DNA of 63,764 nt, filler included, from Polymyxa betae A26-41 (taxonomy: Eukaryota; Protista; Endomyxa: Phytomyxea), in assembly GCA_003693705.1 (NCBI GenBank). It is 5 parts of 5 records of this genome, joined end to end, with 100 filler letters (N's around TTAATTAATTAA, not from the genome) between each part and the next. Parts side by side here need not be neighbours in the genome. Positions count along the whole stretch, not along the records: positions 1 to 14,707 come from RBZT01000417.1; positions 14,808 to 28,165 come from RBZT01000396.1; 3 more parts are not named here. One strand, 5' to 3'. Numbering within the stretch: position 1 is the first letter of the stretch; each line of letters starts with the position of its first letter. The notes beneath the pieces were generated by a model that was not told where the DNA came from, searched no databases, and saw only the letters and a list, made by a program, of their open reading frames with translations. Positions 12,058 through 23,578 of the stretch are shown here, piece after piece. The translations under genes were made by a program, and so were the position numbers.

Positions 12058-12557
12058 TTACGATCCAGTCAGTAGCGACTTAAACTTACTGGCGAGTAAC
12101 GCCAACCAATATATATAGACCTGCAGAACAACAAACAGCAGCAGAGCCGCATCTCGAAGAAATCGTTGCGACGTCACTCCCGATCGAATCAACCAGGTCC
12201 GGAATAGCGGCTGCTCGACGACCCAGAACCAGATCACGGCCAGTAACGTTCGCGATGTCGAATTGATGTTAGCCAAGATCACAACCAGGAGCAAGCGAAC
12301 CCCGTAGAACGCCGCCGCATTCACCCGCTCGCGCTGGTACGATACGTCCAGGTTGCCTATAGAGGAAACGCACGTCAGCGAGCAGCGGCCAGTACGACCC
12401 CCCCGGGGTCGAATCGCGCAACAATGCAGGCGGGAGCCCCGGACGCGGGCCGAATCTTCAGGCGTTGGGGCGCCAGCTGGGCCGAACGAGCTGGAGGGGC
12501 GGCCCCGATCAGGGACAGGACCAGCACGACCGCAAAGAGCAGCCGGGAGGCGACCAT
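12058..12557 (-). CDS. Small signal-peptide + ~3-TM membrane protein (2 exons; donor site uncertain)
   Basis: Starts MVASRLLFAVVLVLSLIGA at 12557. Branch-like GCTGAC and acceptor TTTCCTCTATAG precede exon 2 at 12356, which encodes three hydrophobic segments ending in TAA. Confidence 0.55.
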
Positions 12558-13440
12558 CGGGACAGAACGGGACTGACCTGGTTTGCACACCAAATTCCAC
12601 GGGGATTGGCGGATTGCGGCCCCGGACAACGGTCATACTCGCCGAGAGCAGAATGAATAATCAAACTCCGTGAATGAATCTGCGCTCGTTTAATGGCCGG
12701 CTTTTCTAAGGGTGTGTTTTTAGGGGATTCTGAATGTATGCTTTTGCTTACCAAAAGCAATTGTCAAATCTGCGGCATCTCTGACTTGATGGACAGATTA
12801 TGTAGTTGAGGCCCTGTGTCAGGTTCAGAGTTCGAGTTTCAAGGAGGTGTTTTTTCTTCAAAGGATTGAATTTCTGACGTCCAGAAATTCAAAGTCCCTA
12901 ACTCCGTGAATAATTTGCACTCGGCGATTATGACAGTTTAGCTTGACGCCCCGGAGAATGCGGGAAAAATCCCGAAAATTTGGCTAGGGTTTAGAGAGTG
13001 ATAAGCTAGTAGAAAGATAGGTTGGGTCTGGACGGGTGAGTTTGACCAGGCGCAGGAAATCTGTATGCGACATAAGAATGAGGCTGCGCAAGTCCGGAAG
13101 ATATTGAGATCACGGCATTATTGCAGTCTTTCCAGGAGCCATCCGTGTTTGGGGCTGGATTCGACGGCCTTATCAATTATTGCCCTATAATATACCTATT
13201 AAGTCCTACATTGACTATAGCAAATTGTCACCATCTCGCCAGCACCTTGCAAACATCGATTGCGTACGGCGATCAAAAGCCGATTGTTTGCTTCTGAAAG
13301 GAGTTGATCTCTGAGCCGATCCCAAGAAATAACGATTAGGAACGGTGACGTTGAGAAAAGTGCTCGACCAGAGTGGCGATCGTACTGCCCCGATACGTGC
13401 CAATTCCGCACCAGAATTCCATAGAAAATGACGAGTAAGA

Positions 13441-13490
13441 TTTAGGGTTTTAGGGTTTGAGAGACTGATACGCATAGGGGTTTAGGGTTT
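13441..13490. repeat. Interstitial telomere-like repeats (TTTAGGG/TTTTAGGG)
   Basis: tttagggttttagggttt ... taggggtttagggtttt. Confidence 0.7.
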
Positions 13491-13729
13491 TGAAGATTGA
13501 TGAATAGAACTCGGCATGTTATAACTTCCAATCTGCAGACGATCTACAGCTGCGATTGCAGTCAAATCTATCGAACTACGCATGCAGCTCCACGGCATTA
13601 GGTTCAGGAATAATTTGCGCCGCGTCTTGTATCAATCTGGCGAATCTGGACCACATCTCGCTCTGAATAAACATTCTGAACCATGTGGAAAGTCTAAATG
13701 CCAAAATCGTGTAATCAGAAATCGAAACC

Positions 13730-13832
13730 AGAGAGGGAGCGAGAAAGGGAGAGGCATAGAGACGGGAGAGAGACAAGAGAGACAAAGAGAGAGAGAGAGA
13801 GAAAGATATCCTGAGAGAAAGAGGGACAGAGA
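13730..13832. repeat. GA-rich microsatellite tract upstream of the 13929 gene
   Basis: Near-pure purine (GA)n run. Confidence 0.8.
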
Positions 13833-13928
13833 CCATTTCGGTCCGTCGACTGATGGAAACTGCGTGACTGTCTGTCATCGTTACATTTCTCGGCGTTTCA
13901 TCATTTGGTCATTTCCGCCAGCAATCTC

Positions 13929-14418
13929 ATGGCAATCCGAACCGCTGCGCTGATCGCCGCAGCCATACTCGCCGTCGGCGTCGTCGCGACCAGCTGCGAT
14001 GAGGACGCCACCGCCTTTGTCATCGATATCGAGTCGCTGGGATCGTTGGCCATTTGGCCAGCTGAATCTGTTCCGGCGTTCAGGGGTCGGTAACGAAGCA
14101 CTGGTACTTTTGTAACGTGGTGATTGATGTTGCCCAGTGAGGCTGAATGAGGTGACGGTGTCCGCAAATCGTGCTGCGTTTCGTCACCGTGGACAGACGT
14201 TGCTCGCGTTTGCGGCCGTCGTGATCGCACTCTTGTATCCCGTCCCTGATGTGGTTCTGGCCGGTCTCGTTGCGCTGTTCTACACGAAGATCATGCCTAC
14301 GGTACCGATGCAGATGGAGCTGCCCAGGGTGATCGCTGTCCATTCGATGTGTCTGTTCAACTTGCTGTCCATCGCGTTTGCCTTTCGTAGACATCGATCC
14401 CGATTTGACATGCTGTGA
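13929..14418 (+). CDS. Small signal-peptide + ~3-TM membrane protein (2 exons, ~145 aa)
   Basis: Starts MAIRTAALIAAAILAVGVVATS. Phase-1 intron 14086-14137 (GTCGGT...CCCAG) joins the two ORFs in frame; hydrophobic C-terminal half. Confidence 0.65.
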
Positions 14419-14707
14419 CGTCCCGAGCCGATTCCTGTTACGTACATTCCAGTAACGTAATACAATCGCATTCTTGTAACGTATGAGTCAGGACATCAAC
14501 AGTCAATGGATCCTCGAATAGCGCATATAATGCGATACCTGTTTCAGGCCTGTAACGTAATAGGGTATAGAGCCGGATCGACTTGAAGTCTCGAGTCATG
14601 TCATCGCGACCATTAACATGATGCTCATAGAATGTGGAAAGAGTCAGTATTACAGTTTGAATCATTCGAATATGACCTACCGAGTATGTTGGATTAGCTC
14701 AATCCAC

Positions 14708-14807
14708 NNNNNNNNNNNNNNNNNNNNNNNNNNNNNNNNNNNNNNNNNNNNTTAATTAATTAANNNNNNNNNNNNNNNNNNNNNNNNNNNNNNNNNNNNN
14801 NNNNNNN
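14708..14807. other. Assembly gap with TTAATTAATTAA linker
   Basis: 100-bp N run containing a six-frame stop linker. Confidence 0.98.
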
Positions 14808-15051
14808 GGAGACGAGATGAGAAACGTATGAATTTTGGAGTTGATCGGAATGGTTGCGTGGAGGCCGCTCCTCGCCATTCATAGTAGGGAGACGAGGGGA
14901 CCCGCGCAGTCCGTGACAGTTAGGGCTCTTCCCCTATAGGAATCGTCAGCAGGGGCGCAGCCCTCTGCGCAGCCCCTCAGGAAGGGCCAGTACGACTGCC
15001 TGGTGGTCGGCTGGGCGGCTGCGAGTACTGTCATGCTCAATGGGCATGACA
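14808..15051 (-). mobile_element. Partial LTR, same family as the solo LTR at 60035-60341
   Basis: About 160 bp (14890-15051) closely match 60180-60341 and share the terminus ...GCATGACA; truncated by the gap. Confidence 0.85.
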
Positions 15052-15099
15052 GTTTTCTATATCTTGTTTATTAGTCCATTACAAGCCCTCAATGTATTG

Positions 15100-15480
15100 T
15101 ACCGTCTTATTGATTCTGGCGGAGAGAATGGAGATAGGATCTTCCACTTCGCGGAGTGTGGAACGAAAGTGCACTCTTTCTCTTGGGAGACGTGATACAG
15201 AAAGAACAGTACGCCTTTACTGAGAAGATCGGCGATATCCAACAAGCTACCCTTCATCCGTTTAAGCACTTTCGTGCCACATTCTGTGGAAGGCAGAGTA
15301 CGCAAGACCTTTGTAACGAGCATTAAGGTGGCAGTCAGATGCAAGGACTAAGATCAGCAACACCGCGGTACTTTCCTGGAACGGAGCTAGCAATGCTATC
15401 ACGATCATCCGAAAAAGTTTCGGAGACTGCGCCAAAATCACGTACCGCAAGGTCGGCTTCATCCAATAGTTCGTCGTCTA
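15100..15480 (-). mobile_element. Possible decayed DNA-transposon C-terminal cysteine-rich domain (piggyBac-like)
   Basis: Minus-strand frame with stops reads QRSCVLC...KAYCSFC...GRSYLH. Weak similarity only. Confidence 0.2.
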
Positions 15481-15761
15481 TAATGTGTACGGGTTGGCGT
15501 TTACAGTGAGTGACGCCGGTCGATGACCTTAGTACTGAGTATGCTGACAGTTTGGAATTTCATCAAGGCGACGAACTCATCAGCTGTTTCTTAATGTGTG
15601 CGACGGTCCAGCTGGCACTCGAATGCTGTGTCCTGGCATTTTCCACGTCAAGTTAAGTGTCCGGCCACTGACCGAAAAGTGCTTGGATTTGACTCCAATG
15701 ATGTGTTGGAATAGTTGTTGGAGTATGAAGGGGCCGATATCGTTGGTCGGTTCGTTGGCGA

Positions 15762-16061
15762 CCTTAACATTTAACACGTGTGTAACTGAATAACCCATGA
15801 TCGCTTTCCCGAACATTATCAAACTGTTTGAATTGGCTGCCAGTCTGGCCGACGATATCAGACCTGGGCGTACAAAATTTCTTGGCCAGGCATTATTATG
15901 GAGGCGCCCTTTGACATTAAACATGGTTAAATAACCCGTGATTGCTTCCCCGACCTCATCAAACTGTTTGAATTCGCTGCCAGTCTGGCCAACGATATCA
16001 GACATCCTATCGCGACATGGGCGATAATAGATTCTTGGTCATTCATAAATATGGAGGCGTC
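15762..16061. repeat. Diverged tandem duplication, two units of ~140-150 bp
   Basis: aataaccc(a/g)tgat...atcaaactgtttgaatt(g/c)gctgccagtctggcc(g/a)acgatatcagac...tatggaggcg occurs twice. Confidence 0.85.
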
Positions 16062-16689
16062 AATCTACAAGTACTTGTCATCGCTTTTTTCATAGAACAG
16101 CCCAAAGCCCTTCTCCACCGACAACCAAGAACCCAAGACTTATAAGCCGGCAGACCGTGACGGGACAGCACGACTCAGGAGGCGCCGGCTAAGCCAAAGT
16201 CGCTGGTCGCCTTGCAAGGCACTGTTGGGAAGAATGCCGGCTTCATCAGAACGGTTCTTGGACGGCATTTGTTCTAATGAGACAGAACAGCGGCTCCCAC
16301 TAGATTCTTGACTTCCGTCAATATCTTGTGCTGAAACTGTTGTCACAATCTTTCAAATTCAGGTACCCTTGTAAACTGAAACTGTAAAGAAGACGTCAGA
16401 ATTGTTATGACTTTTACTGTTAAAAATTTAAAAAATGCTTACAATCGTTTTCTTTTTCGTAATCAGGACAAGAGCAAGCAAAAAAGTGTCGGCAAATGAG
16501 GCAGATCTCGAATGTACGACATGGTTGTATATACGTCCCGATCGTCGGCTTCACTTCCTTAATCGTCTTTTTCATTGTCTGACGGAGAACAATCGAGTCC
16601 TGGACGAACTAATCTCAGGTCCGATACAACATGATAGTCCCCTCCGACTTGACACTGCAAATCAGGAAAGAATAGTTTTCCTAAGGTTA

Positions 16690-16960
16690 GGGTTAGTAAT
16701 TATCCTCAGTTGACATTAAAGTCCGGATAAGTTTGTGCATGCAGTAATTTGTTTTACCAGTTTGGTAAGCATTCTTCAGTGCAATGAAAAGCTTCACATG
16801 GGCAGTCATGTTCAATAATCGGAATTGTAGGATCCCGATAACAAACTGCCCATTTAAATTTGTTGAAAAATTATCGTTAAATGACTGTTCATGTTCCGTC
16901 AATTTCGCGATAAATGACACCATCGACGACTCAAAGATGCCCTCTGGGGGTTTCCGATAG
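16690..16960 (-). mobile_element. pogo/Tigger-like DDE transposase remnant
   Basis: DNFS...LQFRLLNMTAHV...IALKNAY resembles the DDE_1 motif DNFSGH...LxFLPPNTT...IxxLKxxY; degraded. Confidence 0.35.
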
Positions 16961-17272
16961 AGACGCGCGTCGGCGCCTTGTGTAAATCAAAATTTATTCA
17001 AAAAGAAAGAGAGAGTACAAATAAATCGAGAGAAATAGAGAGCGCACTTTTACGTAAGCGGGACGCAGCATAACAGCGATTTTTAGCTTGCAAATGAGGA
17101 AAAGCTGAAAATTGAATCAAAAATAATTCGATTGCCACTAATGAGTAATGGCAGACTCTCTTGCAACTAATACAGGCGGAAGGCAAGTTACTATTATTGC
17201 TGTGATAATATATATTTGCGAATATTAAACAATGAAAACGTGCGTTAGCACTTATGAGCACGAATAAAAAAT

Positions 17273-18562
17273 TCACGTCATTGTAGGCTTTTTGGGTGGC
17301 TTGGGCTGATTGACGCCATACCATTGCCCCGTATCCCAATCATACAAATCATTGCAATGGGAACTGATGGTTCGTTGTTCTAAATCTAGGCCCGTATAAC
17401 GAAGATACTCTTGAAAGGTCCGGGAGTGGCCAAGGCCAAGATCTTCGATCTCCTCCATTCTTGGCGGTTGCAAATCGCTCATGCCCAAAATATACCGGAC
17501 TCGGTCTCGGGCGTATTCGGCCAGAAGCGACGACTCCGGGTTATCAACGAACGCGTTATTCTTGCGATGGCCATACACATGGCTGACGATATTTTCAAGA
17601 GGAACCACCAATTCATAGCCGCTAGTCCAGAGACGCGCTGAATGAGCGAACTCCTCTCCATGAAATAGAAAGTCCAAATAGCGGTCGTATGGGACATCAA
17701 TCAACATTGTATACGGAGCGAACAAGAACCCAGCACCGAGAAACGGCGACGCCTGCGGCCGCCCTTGATGGTCGTTGATTTGATACCAGCCCGAATCTTG
17801 GGAGAATAGGCCCTTCATATAGTCATCGAATTTCGCCTGGCAGATGAATGGAACTGCATTGCCGGGGTTCTCGAGCTCGCCAACCGTCGCAACCGGATAA
17901 TGAGAAATGACGAATTTGGCTTTCGGCATTCGCGGCTCCATATCCAGTAATCGACGATCCCATTCCGAGATAAAGTTCAAATGAGCGTCGATCTGCAACA
18001 AGTACTGTTCGCCACGCCATAGACGGGATGTTAAATAGCGGGCGAAGGTCGGCCCTCGAGCCTGATGAGCATCGAATTGAATCGTGCGGATTTGCGATTG
18101 GAATTGCTCGTGAAGTTCAGGCGGCAGCTGGCACGGCGGGTCGCCGTCGGACAGCTGGTCAACCAGACCGATTCGAACGCGATCGCAATAGACACATTTC
18201 GTGAAGATTTGCGTCAAAGTTTCAATGCAGTTTTCGTCTCGATACGAAGAGATCGAAATGAAGATGAAGTCGGGCCGAATTGCGACCTTCCTCAAGCGCT
18301 CGCGTCCTTCACGGACGGTTTCATTGATGAGCGGTACTGATTCTAGTGTATACACTTCGGGTTCATCGTTAAAGTCTTCGGCAAGCGCTTTTTGTAATGC
18401 CTCTTGGCGTCCCAGATTCATCTCTTGCCCGATTTTAAATTCTTCGATTTCAGGCAGCTGGAACGACAGCATGAAGGCGGTAAAGCATAGCAGGCCGGCC
18501 ATAAGCAGTAGCCAGAAGGCGCGCTGCTGAAGCCGGGGCGATTGCGCATTGGCCAGCAGCAT
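17273..18562 (-). CDS. GT60-family UDP-GlcNAc:polypeptide/hydroxyproline N-acetylglucosaminyltransferase, type II membrane form
   Basis: Intronless 429-aa ORF with N-terminal TM anchor and family motifs IFISISSYRDENC, GPTFAR, LQIDAH, FLGAGFLF, LFHGEE..SARLWTSG. Confidence 0.9.
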   Translation of the reverse strand: MLLANAQSPRLQQRAFWLLLMAGLLCFTAFMLSFQLPEIEEFKIGQEMNLGRQEALQKALAEDFNDEPEVYTLESVPLINETVREGRERLRKVAIRPDFIFISISSYRDENCIETLTQIFTKCVYCDRVRIGLVDQLSDGDPPCQLPPELHEQFQSQIRTIQFDAHQARGPTFARYLTSRLWRGEQYLLQIDAHLNFISEWDRRLLDMEPRMPKAKFVISHYPVATVGELENPGNAVPFICQAKFDDYMKGLFSQDSGWYQINDHQGRPQASPFLGAGFLFAPYTMLIDVPYDRYLDFLFHGEEFAHSARLWTSGYELVVPLENIVSHVYGHRKNNAFVDNPESSLLAEYARDRVRYILGMSDLQPPRMEEIEDLGLGHSRTFQEYLRYTGLDLEQRTISSHCNDLYDWDTGQWYGVNQPKPPKKPTMT

Positions 18563-19786
18563 CGCTTATGGCAACTGAAAACGAAGCGGGCGGCAAGCGA
18601 CCGAACGGTAAACGAACATCTCTCGAATCTTCTCTCGTCACAGGCGTCATAGAAGAAAGGCAGTTAGGTAAAAGGAAGAAAGGCAGTTAGTAAAAGGGCC
18701 CACGCCCCTACCCATCCCTAAGAGAAGAGAGAGTACCCCATCGCCCCATCGCCCCATTGGCTGCCTCTTGAGATCCAGGCGCATACGATCATTGGGGTAT
18801 TGGGGTTAGATGTCGATCACTTGATAGAGCACATATGCCGTAGATTATCCTAACCTTGTTATTATTGATCTCTATGGAAAGGAGTGGCTTCGTCTGTGCT
18901 TGTCGTCGCATAGACCAAGCGGCCCATGTCGCTTCGATAGGAGTCGAAGCTTTGTTCGGCTTCTATTATCTACTACGTAATGGTCGCTTGATGTGTTGAT
19001 CACACCGTTCCTGTCTCGGCAGCATCTGTGTGATTGATATTCCCCTAACGTATCTAATCTCTATGTTTTTTTGGTAATACACTCAAGTTGTAGAATTTAT
19101 GCTTTTTGAATTAACTTCTTGGTTTAAATAGCCATTGGACTTCAGTTTAAGAGGCAGCTTAAGCAAAATGAGGAGTACTATCAATCCGTCGCCAAGCTCT
19201 ATTTTAGAATACCGTATGATGGTAAACCGTTCCGAGCCCCTGGCTAGATCGTCATTCGTGTCTACACTGATGGTTATCCACGCAAACTAGTCGATTACCG
19301 CCCTCAGGTCTTTCTCATGGCAGACCTAGAAATATTGGTCTTTCTCATTGCAGACCGACGAAAAGCTGCACGAGCAAGCAACCAATTTGGCATCGTTCTC
19401 ACAAATAAGACACCGGTTTTAAGACTCTAGGATATCTTCGTTTTCTATAATCAAGCTCTGAATATTGTGTAATTGCCAACGATGAGGACTTTAAGAAAGA
19501 ATTTTGGGAGGATCAGGTTTGTGAGAAGCCATCACTCATCAGACATTCTTCTATCTTTCCATTGTTCCTCACATGAATTTGAACGCTGCTGAAAGCTGAA
19601 GGCCTGGAGCAGCTTCACATGTTGCTTCGGTCGTGACCAGATATAATGTATTCGGAGCTTATTGATAGCTCAGACGCCCTTAATGGCTGAGAGGCAACGG
19701 ATTTGGGATCATGATCGTGGGTACCCCAGAATCCATCGTCGTTTGATCCTAATTAAAACGTTCTCAGGGCGCCGAATTCGTGATTG

Positions 19787-21311
19787 ATGCTATCAGGGAA
19801 CGCCTGGATTGCATGGTTTGCGTTCACCCTAGCACATATTGTGTGCTGGATCCCATTCTGTATCTTGTTCTATTTCAGACGGCACCATCAGCCATTGAAG
19901 AACTCACGTCCCAATATCATCCTACTCGGTAATATTGGCGGCATGGGATTCAGTCTTATCTGCCTTCTGGAACCCATTTATGGCTCCTCCATGACTGCAT
20001 TTACAGCCATGTTCGTCGGCGGCACTTTTCTCGGCTTTCTGGTCGATTCTTACGTGGTGTTTGCATTATCGCTATACTTCGCTTTTAACAAGACTCTTGC
20101 TCAACTAGAACTTCAATCAAATGGTCTCTCGTCTCGTATCAATAGTCTCTCCAGTCGTGCGAAGATGATCAGAAGATACGTATTTTTACTCTCCGATCAA
20201 TGTGCCTATTTGTTTGTGGCAGTCAATGCGGTTGTGTACGCGATAGCGATCACTATGGCTGGAGTGTTTCTCTATCCAGAGAGTTTCTCAGATTCTTTTG
20301 AGGTAGCCTATCACTCGGGCAATATCATATGTCTTCAAGCAGTGGCGAACGTCAAGCTTTTCTTTAATCTTATTCTATTCGCCATCGTTGTTTTTCGAAT
20401 ACGATTAATTATCGACGAAACTGGAATCAAAAGGTTGATGAAACTCAGCGCTATTGCCCTCACGGTTTCAGCGTCCATTTTTTGGATCATTTCCGCAGCA
20501 CAAGAAGTCATTGAAATGGATTTTGAATTCGAGCTCTTACAGGCGATTGCTGGAGCGGATGCTGTATTCGTAATGTGAGAGCGTTTCCAATGCAATCGTT
20601 TCCAAACTCAGTCTTTGCAGTGGCATTGTGATTCCAGCAATGCGTTCGTATAATGTGAAGAAGCCTTTTACATTCTCGCTTCTGGAGGGATTCTTACGAA
20701 CGACCAACGGATTTGCTGCATTCAAGTTAGTGTTCGTACGGCCCATCCATTCGTATTGAGATTACGTCAGACACCACCTTGAGAATGAATTCGCGGTCGA
20801 GAACATTTTATTCTGGCGTGACGCCGATACATTTAAGGCCGAGTTCGCTTCTAGCAACATGAATTTCCAAAAGGCGATCAATATGTTCAGGCTCTACCTC
20901 AAGGAGGACGCTCCTCTTTCTGTAAATCTGGATTCCGTTTGCACTGGTTATTATCGGCAGTTTTTCTCTCACCTCGATCAGACAAGATCGACAGGTCGAA
21001 CGAAACGCTTGGCGATTACAACTCGAAGCAGCCAAAGAACGATCGTACCAGTAAACAGCGACTTCGCTGCTGAAAATCCGATGTCATATCCACATTCAAA
21101 TTGCATGGATGAGAGCATGTTTGCTCCAGCAGCCAGGCAATTGCTAAGACTGATGGAATCTGATTCGCTGCCGCGATTCTTGAAGCATCCTGAAAACAAT
21201 CAATTATGGCAGAATTACCTAACCGGTATCAACGAGCAGGCGATCCATGAGATAATTCAGCAAGGAACTGGCACCGATATGGCGGTTCTTGTCGGACTAT
21301 TGGATTCGTGA
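19787..21311 (+). CDS. 7TM-RGS protein, copy 1 (3 exons)
   Basis: Seven hydrophobic helices. Phase-2 introns 20575-20620 and 20726-20770 keep the frame into RGS motifs FKHHLENEFAVENILFW, LSVNLD and LMESDSLPRFL. Confidence 0.88.
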
Positions 21312-21994
21312 ACTGCATTCAAGGATTTCAAACTCATTCCTATGAGGTTGCAGCGAAAGCCGCTATAGCAATGATGGGAGAATACTTTGAAAGATTCAAA
21401 TACTCAGGGAAGAAAGGGAACATGGAAATCAGTTGAAAATTCAGTACAGGCTGTACCACTTTTATTGATCAAGCGCCAGCTTTAGCTTCGCTCGTCGTGC
21501 TTTAATATCAAGGTTCTGAGATTGTTCTTAAAAACCGCCAAGACGATTCACACGTTCTGTGATGATTTTCAAGGACTTCCGCCAAGCCTGTACATGCGAA
21601 CATTAAACACCCCCGTTAGAGCAGCATACTCGGTGTACGAAGAATGGGATTGAAACCTTTTACTGGTAGACGAGAAGTCGAGAAGAAAAAGGTGAAAAAG
21701 CGATAGGCAGAGAATTAGAGGGGATGCCGCTCCCGTTTCGAGACAGTGATGACGTTTTAACTGAGCTTTCTGTACACTCAACTTCATTATTGCTTAATGA
21801 TACGGCTGACTGTAGGCGATTCCACTCAACATGGCTCTTCGACATCGAAATCGACGTCGTCATGGCAGAGACAGTGGAACAGCATCGTTCAGTGACGCTG
21901 TCTCTGTAAACTGGTCACGTGATCGAATAGGATCATGAGTACGTCGGGCGAGTACTGGACGACTATAAAGTTTCATCGCTATTGCTGGGGGCAG

Positions 21995-23578
21995 ATGCTA
22001 ACAGGGATCCTTTGGATTCTATGGCTTCTCTTTACAATTGGACACGTTCTAATCTGGATTCCCTTCGGTGCTTTATTCTATAGCAGACGAAACCATCACC
22101 CTTTGAAAAACTCTCGTCCGAATGTTATTATGCTTGCTAATATTGGAGGCATCGGATTCAGTCTGATCACCTTACTCGAGCCGATTTATGGCTCCTCAAT
22201 GAATACCTATGCTGCGGAGGCTATCGGCGGCACCTCCCTGGGCATCCTGTTCGATTCTTACTTCGTACTTGCATCGTCGCTCTACTTTGCATTTAACAAA
22301 ACCGTGACGCAGCTTGAGCTTCAATCGTCTAAATGGTCTGATCGTGGTCAAAATCTATCGGCGAGTATTGCCACCATCAGGAAATATGCGTTTTTCCTTT
22401 CGGATCGATGGGCCTACATTTATGTAGCGCTGAATATAATAGTGTATAATATTGCTACCTTTACGTATGCAATATTCCGCTACCGAGCTAGCTTCTCGCT
22501 TCCACTTGATGTTGCGTTTCGCCAGCCCGAGTTCTTTTATTTTCAAGGAGTCACGACCGCCAAATTATTTACGGCGAATATGCTACTCTGCATTGTCGCT
22601 TTTCAAATACGTTTGATCAAAGATGAAATCGGTATCAAGAAGCTACTGAAGCGCAGTGCTGTAGCAACCTTGGTGATCTTCATCATTTTCTGGTGCCTTG
22701 CGGTTTTAGACATGCTCGGCCATATAAACTACACGTTCGAGCTTCTAGCAGCCGTCGTTGGTGCGGATGCTGTGTTTATCATGTAAGAGAACGCCTGAGT
22801 TATTGTCAGCAGATTGAAAATTCTTCAGAAGCGTCATCATTCCTGCAGTGAGATCGTATCAGGCGAAAGCTTCGGTTGCACCAACTAGGAAGACGTCGCT
22901 TTTGGAAGGGTTCTTGAGGGCTTCTAATGGTTATGCAGCATTCAAGTAAGTTAATTTTACCGATAGTCGCCTGATTTTGATCGAGGCCTCAGGCTACATC
23001 TCGAGAAGGAATTCGCTGTTGAAAACGCTCTGTTCTGGCATGATGCTGAAGAGTTCAGGACCGAATTCGCCTCCTGCAATTATAACCTTCAAAAATCTGT
23101 GAGGATCTTCAACCTTTACATTGAAAAGGACGCCCCGTTCGCTGTCAATCTGGACAGTAACAGTTTCCGCCATTATCGAGATATCTTCTCTAAGATTTCG
23201 CCACCCCGACAGTTGCTGTTTCAAGCACTCAGAGCAAATAGTTTGGGTTTACTTACTCGATTGCTGTCGAGTTCTTTAATCCAGAATGTGACTGTCGTCC
23301 CTGTTATCCCGGAAGAACATTGTGGTGTTCTGCCTTCTCAACAACTTGCAGCATTTGAATATCTTACTGAGGATCTGTTTGTAAGAGCTTCGAATCAGCT
23401 ACTACAGCTGATGGAATCAGACTCTCTTCCACGGTTCCTTTCCGATGATGCCAATAGCCGTCTCTGGCAAGATTATGTAACCGGCTTGAAAGAGCAGGCC
23501 GTTCACGATCTGGTTCGGGATGGATCTGAATCGAACATTCACGTTCTTCTGGAGTCTTTTACTAGTAGTCAAAGATAA
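21995..23578 (+). CDS. 7TM-RGS protein, copy 2 (tandem paralog; alternative upstream ATG at 21935)
   Basis: Colinear with copy 1, with introns at equivalent positions (22783-22828, 22946-22992); motifs KEFAVENALFW, FAVNLD and LMESDSLPRFL. Confidence 0.88.

Noticed and set aside
14752-14763. TTAATTAATTAA recurring four times
   Set aside because: Always centred in a 100-bp N run; an artificial six-frame-stop scaffolding linker.
17273-18562. Functional link between the GT60 enzyme (Skp1-modifying family) and the F-box gene
   Set aside because: This GT60 has a type II membrane anchor (Golgi-type, not cytosolic Gnt1), and the two genes are 34 kb and two gaps apart.
19305-19360. 31-bp duplication of a GGTCT...AGACC hairpin, plus similar micro-duplications (18655-18700) and the palindrome at 55616-55634
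   Set aside because: Too short and isolated to distinguish from slippage or transposon debris.
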